A stretch of 64,000 bases of DNA from a virus. A program made the translations under genes and the position numbers. Positions 18,301 through 29,353 of the stretch are shown piece after piece (position 1 is the first letter of the stretch; each line of letters begins with the position of its first letter). The stretch spans positions 1-64,000 of IMG/VR virus record IMGVR_UViG_3300020371_000004, one strand, 5' to 3'. Below the pieces are notes generated by a model. The model was given only the letters and a program-made list of their open reading frames with translations, ran no database searches and had not been told where the DNA came from.

Positions 18301-20205
18301 AATGCATATCCATTATTTGTTGATGTAGATGAGTTATCGGAAGATATTAACAATGTAAAAGTTGTTGATACGGGTGAGGTTAGAGCAGCAATTTCTTCAG
18401 CAACTGTTTCTGCTGCTTCTACAATATCTTCAATTTCAGTTATTGATGGTGGAATTGGATTCTATAGAAATTCAAGTCCTATAGTTGCTATTTCTTCTGC
18501 AGTTATAAGTAAGAAAGACCCCATTTTCGGTTGGGTTGGTATTTCTACTACCTCTGGTATTTCAACTACAAATACATACAGTGACATTGTAATTGGTAAA
18601 CCTATTGTTGCAGTTGGTTCTAGTGGTGCTCTTGGAATCTCAACTAATGGTTTTGAGTGGGCAGAAGAGTATATTGGTTATGGTGGAACAATCAACTTTA
18701 ACTCTGTTGCAGTTGCAGCAACATCTAGATTCTTTGCTGCAGGTGATAATCAGAAGTTGGTTGTTAATACTGGTGTTGGTACAGGATTCCCTAACCCTTG
18801 GACAGAGATTAAGTTACTGAAAGAGACTGTTGTTCTTGGTCTTCCACAACCAGTAATTACTTTTAGTCAATATAGTGGTGACTTTAAGTCTGTTTCACAT
18901 TCATCATTCCATGATACTAGTGTTGTTGTTGGTTCAAATAATGGTGTCTTCAGTGGAGTTGGTATTGGGACAACATCTTTCTTTGAACGAACACCTGGAA
19001 CTTTTGCTAACTTCAATGCAGTAGCAAATAATGGTGCTGTTTATGTTGCAGTTGGTGATGCTGCAACAATTATCCATTCTTCTGATGGTGGATTTATTTG
19101 GGCACAAATACCACCATTACCATCAACTAGAAACTTCTTAGATGTAATCTGGACAGGAACTCAGTTTGTATTGGTTGGTGAGCATGGAACCATCTTTACT
19201 TCAACTGCTGGAACTACAAATTGGAATAGAATTGTACCTAATATTGGTGATCACCTGCATAAGATTAAGTATGAATATGGTGTTTACGTTGCAGTAAACC
19301 ATGTTGGTCAAGTTCTGTTCTCATTAGACCTTTCTTATTGGACTTATAGAGATACAAATCAGACCCAAGCAGTTAGTGACTTGGCATTCATTCCAGTTCC
19401 ACCACCTGCATTCTCAAGACCTGCAGGTATGGATGTTGTAAATGAAGATGGTAGATATATTCTTGTTGGTGCTGGTGGAACAATTATGTATGCAGACCCT
19501 GTATACAATAGAGCAACAGCAACTGCAAACTTAGTTAATGGTGTGGTTGACAGTGTAGATGTTGATAATCCTGGATTTGGATATCTATCCAATCCACCAA
19601 TAATTATTGAATCGGGAACTACTCTTCAAGAAGAAATCTTCTCAATCAAAGCAGAGGGTGATTATGGTGAGATTGTTGAAGTTGGTGTCGGTAATTCATT
19701 CATTGATTTTAGACTTAAGTCTGAAGATTATGACAATGCTACCTTAGGAATTGGATATTCCTCACTTAATGTATTTGGTATCACTAACTCTCAGATTTCT
19801 GTAGGTGATTACTTCGTAATTACTGACAGCAATACCACAATTGGTGCTGGTCTCGCACTGACAGGAATTACGACTAGCACTGGTGGATTAAATAACTATG
19901 CAGAGTCTGTAGTTGGTGTTGCATATACAACTCTAGATGGTGTGTACAGAGCAGAAAGAGTTAGTGAAGCTTATGCGGGAATTGTTACTGTACGATGTAT
20001 GTTTGCCTTCCAGAATAATGCTGCCATTCAAGTTAATGTAAATAACAATACAAATGGTATCCATGGTAAATATTCCTGGGGAAGAATCCACGATTTCCAG
20101 AACAGAGCAGTGTTCTCACCAAAACACTTTACTGTTGATTTAAGTAATGGTCTCACTGGTCTTTCAACTTCCGCAGATGTCTTCAGAACGAGAGGTCTGA
20201 AGTAA
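15352..20205 (+). CDS. large virion structural protein, probably the C-terminal part of the cyanophage gp7-type giant; includes a BNR/beta-propeller-like region
   Basis: Shares ISVxNxGxGY repeats with ORF 6105; YVAVGDAATIIHSSDGGFIW-type propeller repeats; ends GLTGLSTSADVFRTRGLK just before gp8. Confidence 0.7.
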   Translation: MRTVPGSGAQFTPIFNSDYGVESFIVGAGGTDYDPNDPPKIEIDETNVPIQEGVFFPIIRNGEIVRIAVLEKGFGYSPLILAGGRKVGIATTSFVESSLLVRTGVGTEVSVSVASTDSHVIMAVEGSEGSSILENGYNKTITQSGYAGTSAPVVPDGSSNQNAFYGFTHPFESYATSGVGTGSKYNVFIVYDSGTGNAISTSIVLREGGNGYAVGDTVSIAGTYMGGQTPANDLTFTVSAVANTRIPAQANVVYSDLEAETIVGSGTSAIFEISRDGLGDITDISVTNGGREYEMTSLLKILGTAVGGVTPQDDIFLSPKVLGADKLPQKLYVRKLDNNTFTVSGLSTSSKLDITSVGEGTHTLEYEDSNESSIISIDNIVQNPLYRRDLSVGLAQTVGYTSSTIYLTGISSITVADTIQVGSEFFKINTIGLGATNEFGVTRGYLGTRVDYHAVGTAVTIHRGDYNIVNDEIHFTTAPYGPVGPEGLKVNSTFSGRAFSRRFDPGTPNDRNVIFDDLSTQFVGASSTEFVLRTNEERIVGIYTDTNTVLASGIDVNNNPLVFINNVPQISGTDFTVDNDNDGNNRIRFLTGTPSAGRIVRTGLTSGTGYAPLIGAGATVTITGGQITDIHLRGSGSGYRNQPEISLSAAAGAGAAFTCTVGAGGTISSISVVNAGAGYTAGAEVNIGIPSNYFSVPLVYANGYTGNGEGAKADLQVGNSGDIISFMMSDPGEFYRVQDVLTPDTSSNGLVTSTSGTFTEFLVEVEDIMTDKFSGFYPGQFIQFDNIERFFNGSKRKFTLTVSQGGETEILSLKIDPTSDMDLAQNMFVYINDILQAPNQSYDFDGSRIVFTEPPVPNSKCTILYYRGSDLDVEQVDPPRTIKEGDGVQIGDNVLDPKDRPQFERIVKKIISSNSLDTFTYDSIGINTDPTAERPIRWTKQTEDKIINGVLYSKARPDLKSRVEPTAKLIKTLTPGANEIYVDNAYPLFVDVDELSEDINNVKVVDTGEVRAAISSATVSAASTISSISVIDGGIGFYRNSSPIVAISSAVISKKDPIFGWVGISTTSGISTTNTYSDIVIGKPIVAVGSSGALGISTNGFEWAEEYIGYGGTINFNSVAVAATSRFFAAGDNQKLVVNTGVGTGFPNPWTEIKLLKETVVLGLPQPVITFSQYSGDFKSVSHSSFHDTSVVVGSNNGVFSGVGIGTTSFFERTPGTFANFNAVANNGAVYVAVGDAATIIHSSDGGFIWAQIPPLPSTRNFLDVIWTGTQFVLVGEHGTIFTSTAGTTNWNRIVPNIGDHLHKIKYEYGVYVAVNHVGQVLFSLDLSYWTYRDTNQTQAVSDLAFIPVPPPAFSRPAGMDVVNEDGRYILVGAGGTIMYADPVYNRATATANLVNGVVDSVDVDNPGFGYLSNPPIIIESGTTLQEEIFSIKAEGDYGEIVEVGVGNSFIDFRLKSEDYDNATLGIGYSSLNVFGITNSQISVGDYFVITDSNTTIGAGLALTGITTSTGGLNNYAESVVGVAYTTLDGVYRAERVSEAYAGIVTVRCMFAFQNNAAIQVNVNNNTNGIHGKYSWGRIHDFQNRAVFSPKHFTVDLSNGLTGLSTSADVFRTRGLK

Positions 20206-20221
20206 CTGTAAATTTGTCCAC

Positions 20222-20227
20222 TAAATA
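20222..20227 (+). promoter_or_regulatory. late promoter
   Basis: TAAATA 22 nt upstream of gp8. Confidence 0.65.
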
Positions 20228-20248
20228 AAAGAAAAGTATTCTAGTAAA

Positions 20249-21814
20249 ATGCCTGCGATAATTACTGAACAATTTAGGGTGATGAACGCCGAAACCTTCG
20301 TTAATAGTTTGGTTTCGGTAGGTAATACTGCTAACACTTATTATACTTTTATTGGTCAACCAAACAGTCTGAATGTTCAGGCAGGTGGTTCAGCAGATTG
20401 GAATAATGGACCTGCACCACTTGATGGATTTGAAGAAGAAAACTCCATCAAGGAAACGATTCTTGCTATGAAAAAGGTGACAAAGCAAGATGTTAGGAGA
20501 ATGATTAGAAAGGTGAACTGGATTTCTGGTTCTACCTATGAGATGTATCGTCATGACTACAACATCTACAATCAGACTCCTGTAACTAATCAACCAAATC
20601 TCTATTCTTCTAATTTTTATGTAATCAATGAAGACTTTAGAGTCTACATTTGTTTGCAGAATGGTACTGACCCAGAGAACCCAAAGGGAAGACCATCTTT
20701 TGACCAACCAACTTTCGTAGATTTGGAACCACGACCAGCAGGAACAAGTGGTGACGGTTATATCTGGAAGTATTTGTTTACCGTAAAACCATCGGAAATT
20801 GTAAAGTTTGATTCTATTGAGTTTATTCCTGTTCCTGAAGATTGGGGCACTAAAGGAGAAACTATTTCTACCAAGAACAATGCAATTGATGGTAAAGTAG
20901 AAATTATAACTATTACTAATAGAGGTATTGGTTATCAACCAATCTCAAAATCATTCACAAATATTCCAATCCTTGGTGATGGTGAAGGTGGAAAAGCAAC
21001 TATCACTGTTGACTCATTTGGTAAAGTTTCCGAAGTATTTGTTACTGATGGTGGTAGTGGATATACAAAGGGAATTATTGAGTTCAATCCAGGTGCTCCA
21101 GGAATTCCATCAGAATTATCTAACTCAGGTTCATTAGCAACTTTTAACGTAATTATCCCACCTAAAGGTGGTCATGGATATGATATTTACAGAGAACTTG
21201 GTGCATATAGAGTTTTAGTTTACTCACGTTATCTAACAGATGAGTCAAACCCAGATATTATCCTAGGAAACGACTTTGCTAGAGTTGGAATCATTAAAAA
21301 TCCAATGATTCTTGGTAGTGATACGGAAAGACTTACAACAGGTGAAGTAAGTGCATTAAACTCTTTAAAACTTTCTGGAGTTACTACACAAACAACATAT
21401 CCAGTTGATTCTATTATCACTCAAACTACTGGTTTGGGTGTAACTGCTATTGGTTTTGTTGCTTCTTGGGATGATGTGACAGGTGTTCTCAAATATTATC
21501 AACCTGTTGGACTAGCAACTGAAGGTGTTAACTACAAGATTAATAAGTTCTCGTCATCCATTGCTGGTGGTGGTTCATTTAGTATTAATTGCCCTAAGGT
21601 AGTTGGTCCAGCACTCAGTATTGATACGGACTTTACGGGTATTAGTACCGTAATAAATAATAAGACATATCAGCTGGGCAGCAATTTTGTGTCTGGAATT
21701 TCATCAGCAGAGTATAACAAAAAGTCTGGTGAGATAATTTATATTGACAACAGAAGGGCAATTCCAAGGTCCACAAGCCAAAAAGAAGATATTAAAATCG
21801 TATTGGAGTTCTAA
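20249..21814 (+). CDS. gp8: baseplate wedge subunit gp8
   Basis: MPAIITEQFRVMNAETF, YEMYRHDY, FRVYICLQNG, DGYIWKYLFT, SGEIIYIDNRRAIPRS..QKEDIKIVLEF. Confidence 0.92.
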   Translation: MPAIITEQFRVMNAETFVNSLVSVGNTANTYYTFIGQPNSLNVQAGGSADWNNGPAPLDGFEEENSIKETILAMKKVTKQDVRRMIRKVNWISGSTYEMYRHDYNIYNQTPVTNQPNLYSSNFYVINEDFRVYICLQNGTDPENPKGRPSFDQPTFVDLEPRPAGTSGDGYIWKYLFTVKPSEIVKFDSIEFIPVPEDWGTKGETISTKNNAIDGKVEIITITNRGIGYQPISKSFTNIPILGDGEGGKATITVDSFGKVSEVFVTDGGSGYTKGIIEFNPGAPGIPSELSNSGSLATFNVIIPPKGGHGYDIYRELGAYRVLVYSRYLTDESNPDIILGNDFARVGIIKNPMILGSDTERLTTGEVSALNSLKLSGVTTQTTYPVDSIITQTTGLGVTAIGFVASWDDVTGVLKYYQPVGLATEGVNYKINKFSSSIAGGGSFSINCPKVVGPALSIDTDFTGISTVINNKTYQLGSNFVSGISSAEYNKKSGEIIYIDNRRAIPRSTSQKEDIKIVLEF

Positions 21815-21820
21815 AGTCAA

Positions 21821-24800
21821 ATGCCACAAAATACTAATTTAAATGTATCTCCATACTTTGATGATTTTGATTCCGAAAAGAATTATCAAAGAGTTCTATT
21901 TAAACCAGCAACTCCACTTCAGGCAAGAGAACTAACGACTTTACAATCCATTCTTCAGAATCAGATTGAAAAGTTTGGACAGCACTTCTTCAAAGAAGGT
22001 TCTGTTGTTATTCCTGGTCAAATTGCATACGATTCTCAATATACTTCTGTCCAAATTGATGAGTCACACCTTGGTGTTCCTGTATCTCTTTATATTCAAA
22101 GTTTAATTGGAAAGACAATTAAAGGTGAGAATAGTGGTGTAAGGGCAAAAGTTGAAAATTATATTACAAATACTGAATCAGAAAGAGACAACTATACACT
22201 ATATCTTAAGTATCAAAGCTCTAGTGATGATGACTTTTCTACAGAAAAGTTTGTTGATGGTGAGAACCTTGTAGCAGAAGAAGATATTTTCTATGGTGTT
22301 TCTGCTATCAGAGATGGTTCCACATTTGCAACTACAATTATCCAAAATTCTACAGCAATTGGTTCTGCTGTAAAGATTGCTGCTGGTGTTTACTTTGTTA
22401 GAGGATTCTTTGTAGAGGTAAATCCACAGACAGTAATTCTAGACCAATATACTAGCAATCCAACATATAGAGTTGGTCTATTAATTAATGAAGAATTGGC
22501 AGTTGCTTCCAATTCATATGAAGATTTATTTGATAATGCACAGGGATTTTCTAATTTCTCAGCACCTGGTGCTGATAGATTAAAGTTCGGATTAACTTTA
22601 ATCAAAAAAGAGATTGATGATTTCAACGATGAAAACTTTGTTGAACTTCTAAGAGTAGAGAATGGTGTTCTTAGACAATTTGTAAAAGAGAGCAACTATA
22701 ATTTAATTAGAGATGAGTTAGCAAGAAGAACTTATGATGAATCTGGTGATTACTATGTAAGACCATTTTCTCTTACTATAAGAGAGTCTCTAAATGATAG
22801 AGTAGGAAATAATGGTGTATTTAATGAGAATCAAGCAACTAAGTCTGGAAATTCTCCAAATGACAATTTAGGATCACTTCTTGTATCTCCAGGTAAAGCA
22901 GTAGTTCGTGGATATTCATTAGAAACCATTGATACGACTATTGTTGACTTTGAAAAACCAAGAACTACTGCAAAAGCAGAGAATCAGGCAATTCCATTTA
23001 GTGTTGGAAGACAAATTTTTGTCAATAATGTAAATGGTTCTGCTCCTGTTGGATTTGGTTCAACTTCCCAAATAGCACTATATGATACAAGAACATCACA
23101 GGAAGGTCTTGTATCTGGTCAGAAAATTGGTATTGCAAGACTATATGATTTAAAGTTAAGAAATGCTAGTTATGAAGGTGCTAATACTCAATTTGAAGCA
23201 TCTTTATATGATGTTCAGACATATACTGTATTGCGTCTAAATGCTACAACAAACTTATCCAAATCAACATATATTGAAGGAAACTCTAGTGGTGCCAGTG
23301 GTTATGTTGTAGAAGATGTAGTAGCAACAGACTTAGTAAAACTATACCAAGTTTCTGGAACATTTAAAAAAGAAGAATCGTTATCATTTAATGGTATTTC
23401 TGATGGAAGAATAATTACAAATATTCGTGATTATTCTTTAGGAGATGTTCATCAAATTGCATCTGACAACTATGCTGTAGGTCTTGGAACATTTACTGCA
23501 GACCCAGTTTTATCTCAAGTAACTATTCTCACAGAACCTGGTGCTCAATTCAGTATTACTGCAGAATCTCTAGGTGTCAGTACAGTAACAAGTTCTAGTC
23601 CAGCACCATTTGTTGGAATTCAAACTGGTGATATCGTATCTTATACTAAGCAAGGTTTTAGTATTCCAACCTTGAATAAAGTTATTGAAGTAACTCAAAG
23701 TGAAATTAAAATTGCAGAGACTACCGATTTAGCAAATATCAATGATGGTGCTCTTCCTTCTGTTGGAATCACTGCTAATGACTTTAAGAAAGTATCATTG
23801 GAAGTTCTTAATACTTCAAATGCTTTCTTGTTTGCTAAATTAAATCATAAAAATGTTGAGAGTCTTGATCTCAGCACGTCTTCCATTATACTTAGAAAGT
23901 CATATAGTGTAAACGTTGTATCAAATGCGTTCTCTGCAACTCTTGAATCTGATATTGATTTAACTTTAGAACCATTTGATGAAGAAGATTACAGTCTTGC
24001 ATATACTGCTGGTGATATTGAACCTCTTAATAACCAAAAGGTTGCTGTATCTGGAAGAACTATTGGTCTTAGCAACTTGACCCAAAATGGTCCTGCTATA
24101 CTTACAGTTACCTATAAGAAAGTAAACACCACCGAGAAAGCAAAGACATTTAATAGATGTGAAAGTCTAATTATCAATGGTTCTAACCAGACCTCATCTG
24201 GTGTTGGTAGAACTACTCTTAATGATGGTCTGATTAACAGAGAATATTATGGATTGAGAGTTCAGGATAGAGACATATCATTAAATGTTCCTGATGTTGT
24301 TAATGTTCTTGGAATTTATGAGTCTTCTACTGTAAATGACCCATCTCTCCCAAGAATACATTTTAGTGCGTTAAATTCAAGTATTGGAAACCTAATTAGA
24401 GGTGAAAGAGTCATTGGTTCAACCACTGGAGCAGTTGCAGCATTTGTTGAATCTGATGGCAATAATATTGCAGAAATTGTTTATCTGAATGAGAATAGAT
24501 TTGCACTCAACGAAGAGGTTACTTTCCAAGAAACCAATATTACTGGAACAATTAGTGCTGTTGATGTTGGTGATAAGAATATCAAAGAAAACTTTATTCT
24601 AGATAATGGTCAAAGACCAGAAATTTATGATTATGCTAGGTTGATTAGAAAGTCTGGAGTATCTGCTCCTACTAAAAAAATTAGAGTAATCTACAACTCA
24701 TATAGCATTTCTTCTTCATCGGAAGGTGACTTTGTATCTGTAGATTCTTATGGAAGAGACAGATACAGCAAAGATATTGCAACTATTAATGGTGTCAGAA

Positions 24801-27800
24801 ATTCTGACATGATTGATTTAAGACCAAGAGTTACGGAATTTAATGTATCCTCGGCAGATAAGTCACCTTTTGAATTTAATGCAAGACTCTTTGAATTAAA
24901 TGCAAACTCAAGTGATTCAATTGTAGCAAAAGATAGAACAATCAATCTATCTTACAATTTCTATCTACCAAGAATTGATAAACTATTCCTAACCAAGGAA
25001 GGAACGTTTACCATTAATAAAGGTGTTCCATCATTAGCACCAAAATCACCAAACAAGTTAGACTCTGCACTTGAAATTGCTACCATATATTTCCCAGCAT
25101 ATCTTTACAATACTAAAGATGCAAGAGTATCTCTATCTACACATAAGAGATATACCATGAAGGATATCTCTAGACTTGAGGATAGACTATCTAATGTTGA
25201 ATTCTATAGTTCATTATCTCTTCTAGAGACAGATACCAAAAACCTTTCAATCAGAGACCCACAGACTGGTCTTGATAAGTTTAAGTCAGGATTCTTTGTA
25301 GATAACTTTAAGTCATATGATGGTGGTGACCTGTCAAACCCAGTTTACAGGGCATCTGTAGACACCGCATATGGTTACTTAAGACCACAACACTACACAA
25401 CTTCGGTTGACCTAGTTGTTGGTTCTGAAGCAGTTATTGGCATTGGAACAACATCTAACCCAGATGTTGACCTGAGATTTGCTACTGATTTGGGTAATAG
25501 CAACGTCAAGAGAATTAATGACCTTGTTATCCTTGATTATAGTGATAAACTATATGTAGAAAACAGATTTGCTACTAGAGTTGAGAACGTAAACCCATTC
25601 AATACACCAAGTTGGATTGGTAGTATTGAACTAAACCCATCTACAGATACTTGGGTAGAAACTAGAAGAACAGAAAGAACGGATGACGTTGAAGGCAACT
25701 TTGAAGCAACAATGTCTCAGTTGGGTGTAGATTCCAATACTGGTCTATCACCAGTCAATTGGAATGTATGGGAAACAAATTGGGTTGGTGTAAACAATGT
25801 AGAAGGACCAGTAATTACACAAATTCAAAACGGTTCTAGAATTGTTGATACTAGTGTCACTACTGATTGGTGGAGCAGAACAACTACAACTACTTGGGAA
25901 GATTCATTCACACAGTTCAGAAATGATACATTTACCACTACAACAGAACAATCTAGACAAGGTATTCAGTTTGGTGTAAGTGAGAGATTTGATACTGTAA
26001 ATCTTGGTGACAGACTTGTCTCTAGAGTTCTCATTACCTTAATGAGGTCTAGAAATGTTGAAGCAGTTGCTAGAAGACTAAAACCATCCACTAGATTCTA
26101 CGCATTCTTCGATAATACTGATGTAACCAACTTCATAGTTCCAAAACTGATTGAAGTCAGGATGACAAGTGGAACTTTCCAAGAAGGTGAAACAGTCACT
26201 GGATTTATACCAGTTTCTGGTACAAATAGGTCTATTACTTTCCGTCTTGCACAGCAAAACCATAAGTACGGTCCATACAACATTCCTACTGAAACATATA
26301 GGGAAAATCCTTATAATCCAAATAGCACACTATCTAATTCATATTCATCAACAACTACTGTTCTGAACGTTGATACTGCAAGTCTTGAGAATCAAGCAGA
26401 TTCAAGATTCTTCGGTTCAATCGTTAAAGATATGCAACTTGTTGGTTCTGATAGTAATGCAGTTGCAACAGTTTCTGACATTAGACTTATCTCTGACTCT
26501 GCAGGAACCCTAATTTCTTCATTCTTTATTCCTGACCCAACTGTTCCATCAAACCCAACGTTTGAAACTGGAACTAAGACACTTAAGTTGACGACAAGTC
26601 AGGTCAATAGTGACATTAAAGGTATCTCTGACAGTATGGCAGAGGCAAACTTCACTGCTAGTGGTAATATTGATAATATTGAGAATACTACTCTTAGAAT
26701 TAGAAATGCTGAAGTTGAAAGAAACATTAGAAATGAGAATAGAACTCTTACAGAGACGGAAGATAGATTAGTTGCTAACACCATTACAACTAACAGATTG
26801 GAAACATCTAGAGTAAGGATTAGATGGGTTGATCCACTTGCTCAGACGTTCCAGGTTCTTGATAATAATGGAATTTTTGTCACCAAGTGTGAATTGTACT
26901 TCCAGTCAATTGACCCAGGAAATATCCCTTGTACTTTAGAGATTAGAACTTCTGAACTTGGTCAACCAACACAGGAAATTCTACCTTTTGCAGAGGTCAG
27001 CCTCAATCCAAGTGAAATTAATGTTTCTGATGATGCATCAGTCCCAACAACGTTCACATTCCCTGCACCAGTATTCCTGGAAGGTGGAAATGACTATGCA
27101 CTAGTCTTGATTTCAAATTCCAATGAATATAATGTCTGGATTTCCAGAATGACTGAGGTTGATGTTTCAACCAGCAACAAACCAGAAGCAGAGAAGATTA
27201 TTGTTTCTCAGCAACCATCTCTTGGTTCACTATTCAAGTCACAGAATGGTGCTACTTGGGAACCATCTCAGTTAGAAGACCTTAAGTTCTCTCTTTACAG
27301 AGCAGAATTCACTTCACAGACAGGAAGTTTCCGTTTCTACAACCCAGATTTGGGTGTAGGCAACAGACAGATTGCATCATTGAGACCAAATCCAATTGTT
27401 GCTGAGTCTAAAGAAGTTCTTGTTGGTATGTCTGGAAGTCTAACTTCAACAGATGTTACCAATCTAATTCCTGGAACATCTATATTCCAGGCAAATTATC
27501 CAAACTTCTCTGCTAAACTCAAGAGTATTGTTGGTACGATTGGAATTGGAAGTGCTCTATCAATTACAAATTCTGGTACTGGATATACTAGCAATGCGAC
27601 CTACAGTAATGCACCACTAACAACTATCAGTGGTAGAGGGTTTGGTGGTAAAGTCAATATCACAATTTCTAATGGTGTTGCAGTTGCAGCAACTGTATCT
27701 GTTGGTGGTACAGGATATGCTATGGGTGATACCCTAACAGTTGAACCACAATATACTGGAAACTTTGGTGAGAATCTTATTATTTCTATTCCGAATGAGG

Positions 27801-29353
27801 TTGGTGTCATCACAGCATTCAATTCGTTAATTGTTGACCAAGTACAGGATGAATTAAATGCTTCAGGAATTGGCAATGAAATTTCATACGTTAATCCTTC
27901 AAATGGTATTTCAACAATCAGCAATGGTTATGTAAACTATACTGAGACACTATCTGATGGTCTACATTTCAAGGTTAACCATAACAATCATGGAATGTAT
28001 GATGTTTCAAATAAAATTACCCTATATGGAATTGAATCAGACGTTGCTCCAGAAAAACTAAGTGCTGATTATAATCAGTCTTCCACTGCTGAGATACAAC
28101 TTTCAAATGTTGGAATATTCACTTCATTTGAGAATCTACCAGTTTCTACTGATAATCCAGGTTACATTAAGATTAACCATGAAATCATTAAGTATACTGC
28201 TGTAGATACATCACTGATGCAACTCAGTGGTATTACTAGAGGAATTGATGATAATACTGATGATATCTATCCATCAGTTATGGTTGGTTTGCATCCAGCT
28301 GGTTCACCAGTATTTAAGTATGAATTTAATGGTGTTTCATTGAGAAGAATCAATAGAACTCACTCTATGAATCAAGTTGATTCTAAGTATCAAATCGAAA
28401 TGGATAGTTACTATCTCAAGATTGTAACCAATGAGCAGGGTAAAGATAGATTGTTTGGTCCACCAAAACTTCACTTTAATGAAACTAAGACTGGTGGAAC
28501 ATATGATATGAATATTTCAGCATCTGGATCTAATATTCTTGGTGGTCCTAAAGCATCACAGAATGTTCAGTTTGATAGTATTAGACCTAATGTTCAAAGA
28601 CTTCTTCCAGAATCTACAATCATTGATGCTAAGATTAGGACTGTAAGTGGTTCAAGTGTTGATGGTAGTGAAACACCATTCCGTAGCAGTGGTTTTGAAC
28701 CAATTTCACTCAATTCAAATAATCTTTTCAATACACCAAGAATTATTGCTTCCAGAGTAAATGAACTTCAACATTTGCAAAGTAGCAATGGTTATAAGTC
28801 ATTTGAAATGGAGATGAATCTGGCAACAACAGATACTAAGGTATCTCCAGTTATTGACTTGGATAGAGTTAATGTCATTACCACAATGAACAGAATTGAC
28901 TCACCAGTTACCAATATGTTGAGTGATAAGAGAGTCAATAGTCTTTACGATGATCCACACTCTGCAATCTATGTCTCAAGAGTAATTAGATTGGCAAAAG
29001 GTTCTACTGGACTTAAGGTTTACTTTGATGCATATAGAGATGCAACCAATGATATTAGGGTAATGTATAGATTACTGAGACCAGATACTCCAGACAATCA
29101 AGAGTTGTTTGAATTTATGCCTGGTTTTGAAAATCTAGATAGCAATGGAAACATTCTTGATCCTAAGAATAATAATGGATTACCAGACAGACTAGTAAAT
29201 CCATCTGCATCTCCTTCTGATTTGAGGTCTTATGAATTCACTTCTAAAGAAGTTCCATTGTTTGATGGATTCCAAATCAAAATTATTATGAGTGGAACAA
29301 ATCAAGCATATGTTCCTAAGATTAAAGACTTGAGAGTAATTGCAACTATCTGA
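21821..29353 (+). CDS. VrlC-like / DUF4815 large virion structural protein
   Basis: NLNVSPYFDDFD..KNYQRVLFKP..PLQARELTTLQSILQNQIE, APGADRLK, LARRTYDESGDY, RYTMKDISRLEDR, KSGFFVDNF, DPLAQTF, GSLFKSQNGATW; follows gp8 as in cyanomyophages. Confidence 0.85.
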   Translation: MPQNTNLNVSPYFDDFDSEKNYQRVLFKPATPLQARELTTLQSILQNQIEKFGQHFFKEGSVVIPGQIAYDSQYTSVQIDESHLGVPVSLYIQSLIGKTIKGENSGVRAKVENYITNTESERDNYTLYLKYQSSSDDDFSTEKFVDGENLVAEEDIFYGVSAIRDGSTFATTIIQNSTAIGSAVKIAAGVYFVRGFFVEVNPQTVILDQYTSNPTYRVGLLINEELAVASNSYEDLFDNAQGFSNFSAPGADRLKFGLTLIKKEIDDFNDENFVELLRVENGVLRQFVKESNYNLIRDELARRTYDESGDYYVRPFSLTIRESLNDRVGNNGVFNENQATKSGNSPNDNLGSLLVSPGKAVVRGYSLETIDTTIVDFEKPRTTAKAENQAIPFSVGRQIFVNNVNGSAPVGFGSTSQIALYDTRTSQEGLVSGQKIGIARLYDLKLRNASYEGANTQFEASLYDVQTYTVLRLNATTNLSKSTYIEGNSSGASGYVVEDVVATDLVKLYQVSGTFKKEESLSFNGISDGRIITNIRDYSLGDVHQIASDNYAVGLGTFTADPVLSQVTILTEPGAQFSITAESLGVSTVTSSSPAPFVGIQTGDIVSYTKQGFSIPTLNKVIEVTQSEIKIAETTDLANINDGALPSVGITANDFKKVSLEVLNTSNAFLFAKLNHKNVESLDLSTSSIILRKSYSVNVVSNAFSATLESDIDLTLEPFDEEDYSLAYTAGDIEPLNNQKVAVSGRTIGLSNLTQNGPAILTVTYKKVNTTEKAKTFNRCESLIINGSNQTSSGVGRTTLNDGLINREYYGLRVQDRDISLNVPDVVNVLGIYESSTVNDPSLPRIHFSALNSSIGNLIRGERVIGSTTGAVAAFVESDGNNIAEIVYLNENRFALNEEVTFQETNITGTISAVDVGDKNIKENFILDNGQRPEIYDYARLIRKSGVSAPTKKIRVIYNSYSISSSSEGDFVSVDSYGRDRYSKDIATINGVRNSDMIDLRPRVTEFNVSSADKSPFEFNARLFELNANSSDSIVAKDRTINLSYNFYLPRIDKLFLTKEGTFTINKGVPSLAPKSPNKLDSALEIATIYFPAYLYNTKDARVSLSTHKRYTMKDISRLEDRLSNVEFYSSLSLLETDTKNLSIRDPQTGLDKFKSGFFVDNFKSYDGGDLSNPVYRASVDTAYGYLRPQHYTTSVDLVVGSEAVIGIGTTSNPDVDLRFATDLGNSNVKRINDLVILDYSDKLYVENRFATRVENVNPFNTPSWIGSIELNPSTDTWVETRRTERTDDVEGNFEATMSQLGVDSNTGLSPVNWNVWETNWVGVNNVEGPVITQIQNGSRIVDTSVTTDWWSRTTTTTWEDSFTQFRNDTFTTTTEQSRQGIQFGVSERFDTVNLGDRLVSRVLITLMRSRNVEAVARRLKPSTRFYAFFDNTDVTNFIVPKLIEVRMTSGTFQEGETVTGFIPVSGTNRSITFRLAQQNHKYGPYNIPTETYRENPYNPNSTLSNSYSSTTTVLNVDTASLENQADSRFFGSIVKDMQLVGSDSNAVATVSDIRLISDSAGTLISSFFIPDPTVPSNPTFETGTKTLKLTTSQVNSDIKGISDSMAEANFTASGNIDNIENTTLRIRNAEVERNIRNENRTLTETEDRLVANTITTNRLETSRVRIRWVDPLAQTFQVLDNNGIFVTKCELYFQSIDPGNIPCTLEIRTSELGQPTQEILPFAEVSLNPSEINVSDDASVPTTFTFPAPVFLEGGNDYALVLISNSNEYNVWISRMTEVDVSTSNKPEAEKIIVSQQPSLGSLFKSQNGATWEPSQLEDLKFSLYRAEFTSQTGSFRFYNPDLGVGNRQIASLRPNPIVAESKEVLVGMSGSLTSTDVTNLIPGTSIFQANYPNFSAKLKSIVGTIGIGSALSITNSGTGYTSNATYSNAPLTTISGRGFGGKVNITISNGVAVAATVSVGGTGYAMGDTLTVEPQYTGNFGENLIISIPNEVGVITAFNSLIVDQVQDELNASGIGNEISYVNPSNGISTISNGYVNYTETLSDGLHFKVNHNNHGMYDVSNKITLYGIESDVAPEKLSADYNQSSTAEIQLSNVGIFTSFENLPVSTDNPGYIKINHEIIKYTAVDTSLMQLSGITRGIDDNTDDIYPSVMVGLHPAGSPVFKYEFNGVSLRRINRTHSMNQVDSKYQIEMDSYYLKIVTNEQGKDRLFGPPKLHFNETKTGGTYDMNISASGSNILGGPKASQNVQFDSIRPNVQRLLPESTIIDAKIRTVSGSSVDGSETPFRSSGFEPISLNSNNLFNTPRIIASRVNELQHLQSSNGYKSFEMEMNLATTDTKVSPVIDLDRVNVITTMNRIDSPVTNMLSDKRVNSLYDDPHSAIYVSRVIRLAKGSTGLKVYFDAYRDATNDIRVMYRLLRPDTPDNQELFEFMPGFENLDSNGNILDPKNNNGLPDRLVNPSASPSDLRSYEFTSKEVPLFDGFQIKIIMSGTNQAYVPKIKDLRVIATI

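Noticed and set aside
21821-29353. VrlC as a virulence factor
   Set aside because: The name is historical; its position after gp8 indicates a baseplate-associated structural protein
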